Positions 48,872 through 49,558 of a stretch of DNA of 49,558 nucleotides are shown piece after piece. The stretch is taken from assembly GCA_965369865.1 (NCBI GenBank), contig CBDURU010000015.1, positions 1 through 49,558 of the forward strand, written 5' to 3'. Source of the DNA: an uncultured bacterium. Its GTDB lineage: Bacteria > JAJVIF01 > JAPKYR01. The notes under the pieces were generated by a model that was not told the origin of the DNA, made no database searches, and was given only the letters and a program-made list of their open reading frames with translations. Within the stretch, counting starts at the first letter, position 1. Each line of letters opens with the position of its first letter. Position numbers and translations under genes: made by a program.

Positions 48872-49349
48872 TACAGGGGGTGGCGACGACAAACGAAGCA
48901 CAGCGACAAGTGTGCCGTTAGCTTCCAGCTATCGGATTACGTGTGACGACCGCTTCCAGCGGTTATCCCTGGTTTTTTGGTGTTTGCCTTGTTGTTTTCC
49001 TCCTCCGTTTTTTTTTGATAAAACTCCGGAACCCGGCGCACGATAAGACAATAGTGCTTCTCCGAAAGTCGCACCATGTCCGACAGCGTTAGCTGTTGAA
49101 CGGCCATGTAAGATCGACCGCTGGCTTGCCCCGGCATTGACTGGGTGTGGCAGGCTCCCCTTCCTCCGCCGCTAAAGCTATGGCGGATTTTCCCCGCTTT
49201 CGCATAAGCTACGGCGGGTGTCAAGCCGTAAAACTTCTCCGCCTACCCGAAGGTGGCGTGGTTACTAGCGCTCAGCTTCAAGAGCTGGAAATCACGCGCC
49301 GGATTCCGTATGGAGGGAATTCCCTGCAGTGGGTACAGAATGCCCTTCC
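48872..49349 (-). ncRNA. Candidate large structured non-coding RNA (~480 nt), unassigned family
   Basis: Strong promoter upstream, no credible ORF, many hairpins including C(UUCG)G, 5'/3' closing helix UGCAGGG/CCCUGUA. Confidence 0.65.
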
Positions 49350-49355
49350 AGAGAG

Positions 49356-49384
49356 AGTATAGCATAAAGATGGGATATTGTCAA
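49356..49384 (-). promoter_or_regulatory. Near-consensus sigma70 promoter with extended -10
   Basis: TTGACA-17 bp-TATACT with TG at -15/-14. Confidence 0.85.
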
Positions 49385-49450
49385 GAGGGGGCAAGGGAAA
49401 AGTGGGATTTTTTTGGATGAGCTATTGGGTTGAGTGGATAATTAATGGAA

Positions 49451-49558
49451 GCGGACGGGACGTCCGCGGTACTGCAGGCGGGACGCATGCGCTACGGGGC
49501 AGTGCGGGACGCATGCGCTACGGGGCAGTGCGGGACGCATGCGCTACGGGGCAGTGCG
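49451..49558. repeat. REP-like element followed by 26-bp tandem repeats running off the window
   Basis: GCGGGACGCATGCGCTACGGGGCAGT at 49478, 49504, 49530; 49451-49498 matches the reverse complement of 25296-25343 inside the MITE. Confidence 0.9.

Noticed and set aside
48872..49349. RNase P RNA, tmRNA or group II intron
   Set aside because: No complementary GAGGAAAGUCC / ACAGAA.CCGGCUUA P4 pair, no tRNA-like TPsiC-CCA end, no domain V hairpin
48937..49362. ORFs 48937-49224 (-) and 49147-49362 (+) as proteins
   Set aside because: No RBS, no recognisable motifs, and they cross REP-like hairpins; a structured RNA explains the region better
49478..49558. CRISPR array
   Set aside because: 26-bp units are directly adjacent with no spacers

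Overview
Bacterial chromosomal window, probably from a diderm (it carries an LpxL/HtrB-type acyltransferase and a CsgG-type protein); the taxon cannot be named from sequence alone. It contains housekeeping and envelope genes (rsmG-parA-parB with a perfect parS, tRNA-Val(CAC), PduO, WecA/MraY-like transferase, sigma54 response regulator, heparinase II/III, glycosyltransferase). It also has many secreted proteins, including four large lipoproteins that share an unnamed N-terminal domain fused to different repeat modules. The intergenic DNA is rich in structure. The two best leads are (i) an AT-rich NYN-ribonuclease gene preceded by two diverged promoter + two-hairpin small-RNA units with a compensatory base-pair change, an architecture like an RNA-antitoxin (type III-like) system, and (ii) a roughly 480-nt highly structured non-coding RNA behind a near-consensus sigma70 promoter near the window end. 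Also present are several smaller sRNA candidates, a 101-bp tandem repeat with a dispersed copy, a MITE and several REP-like families. All protein calls come from motif recognition, not database searches.
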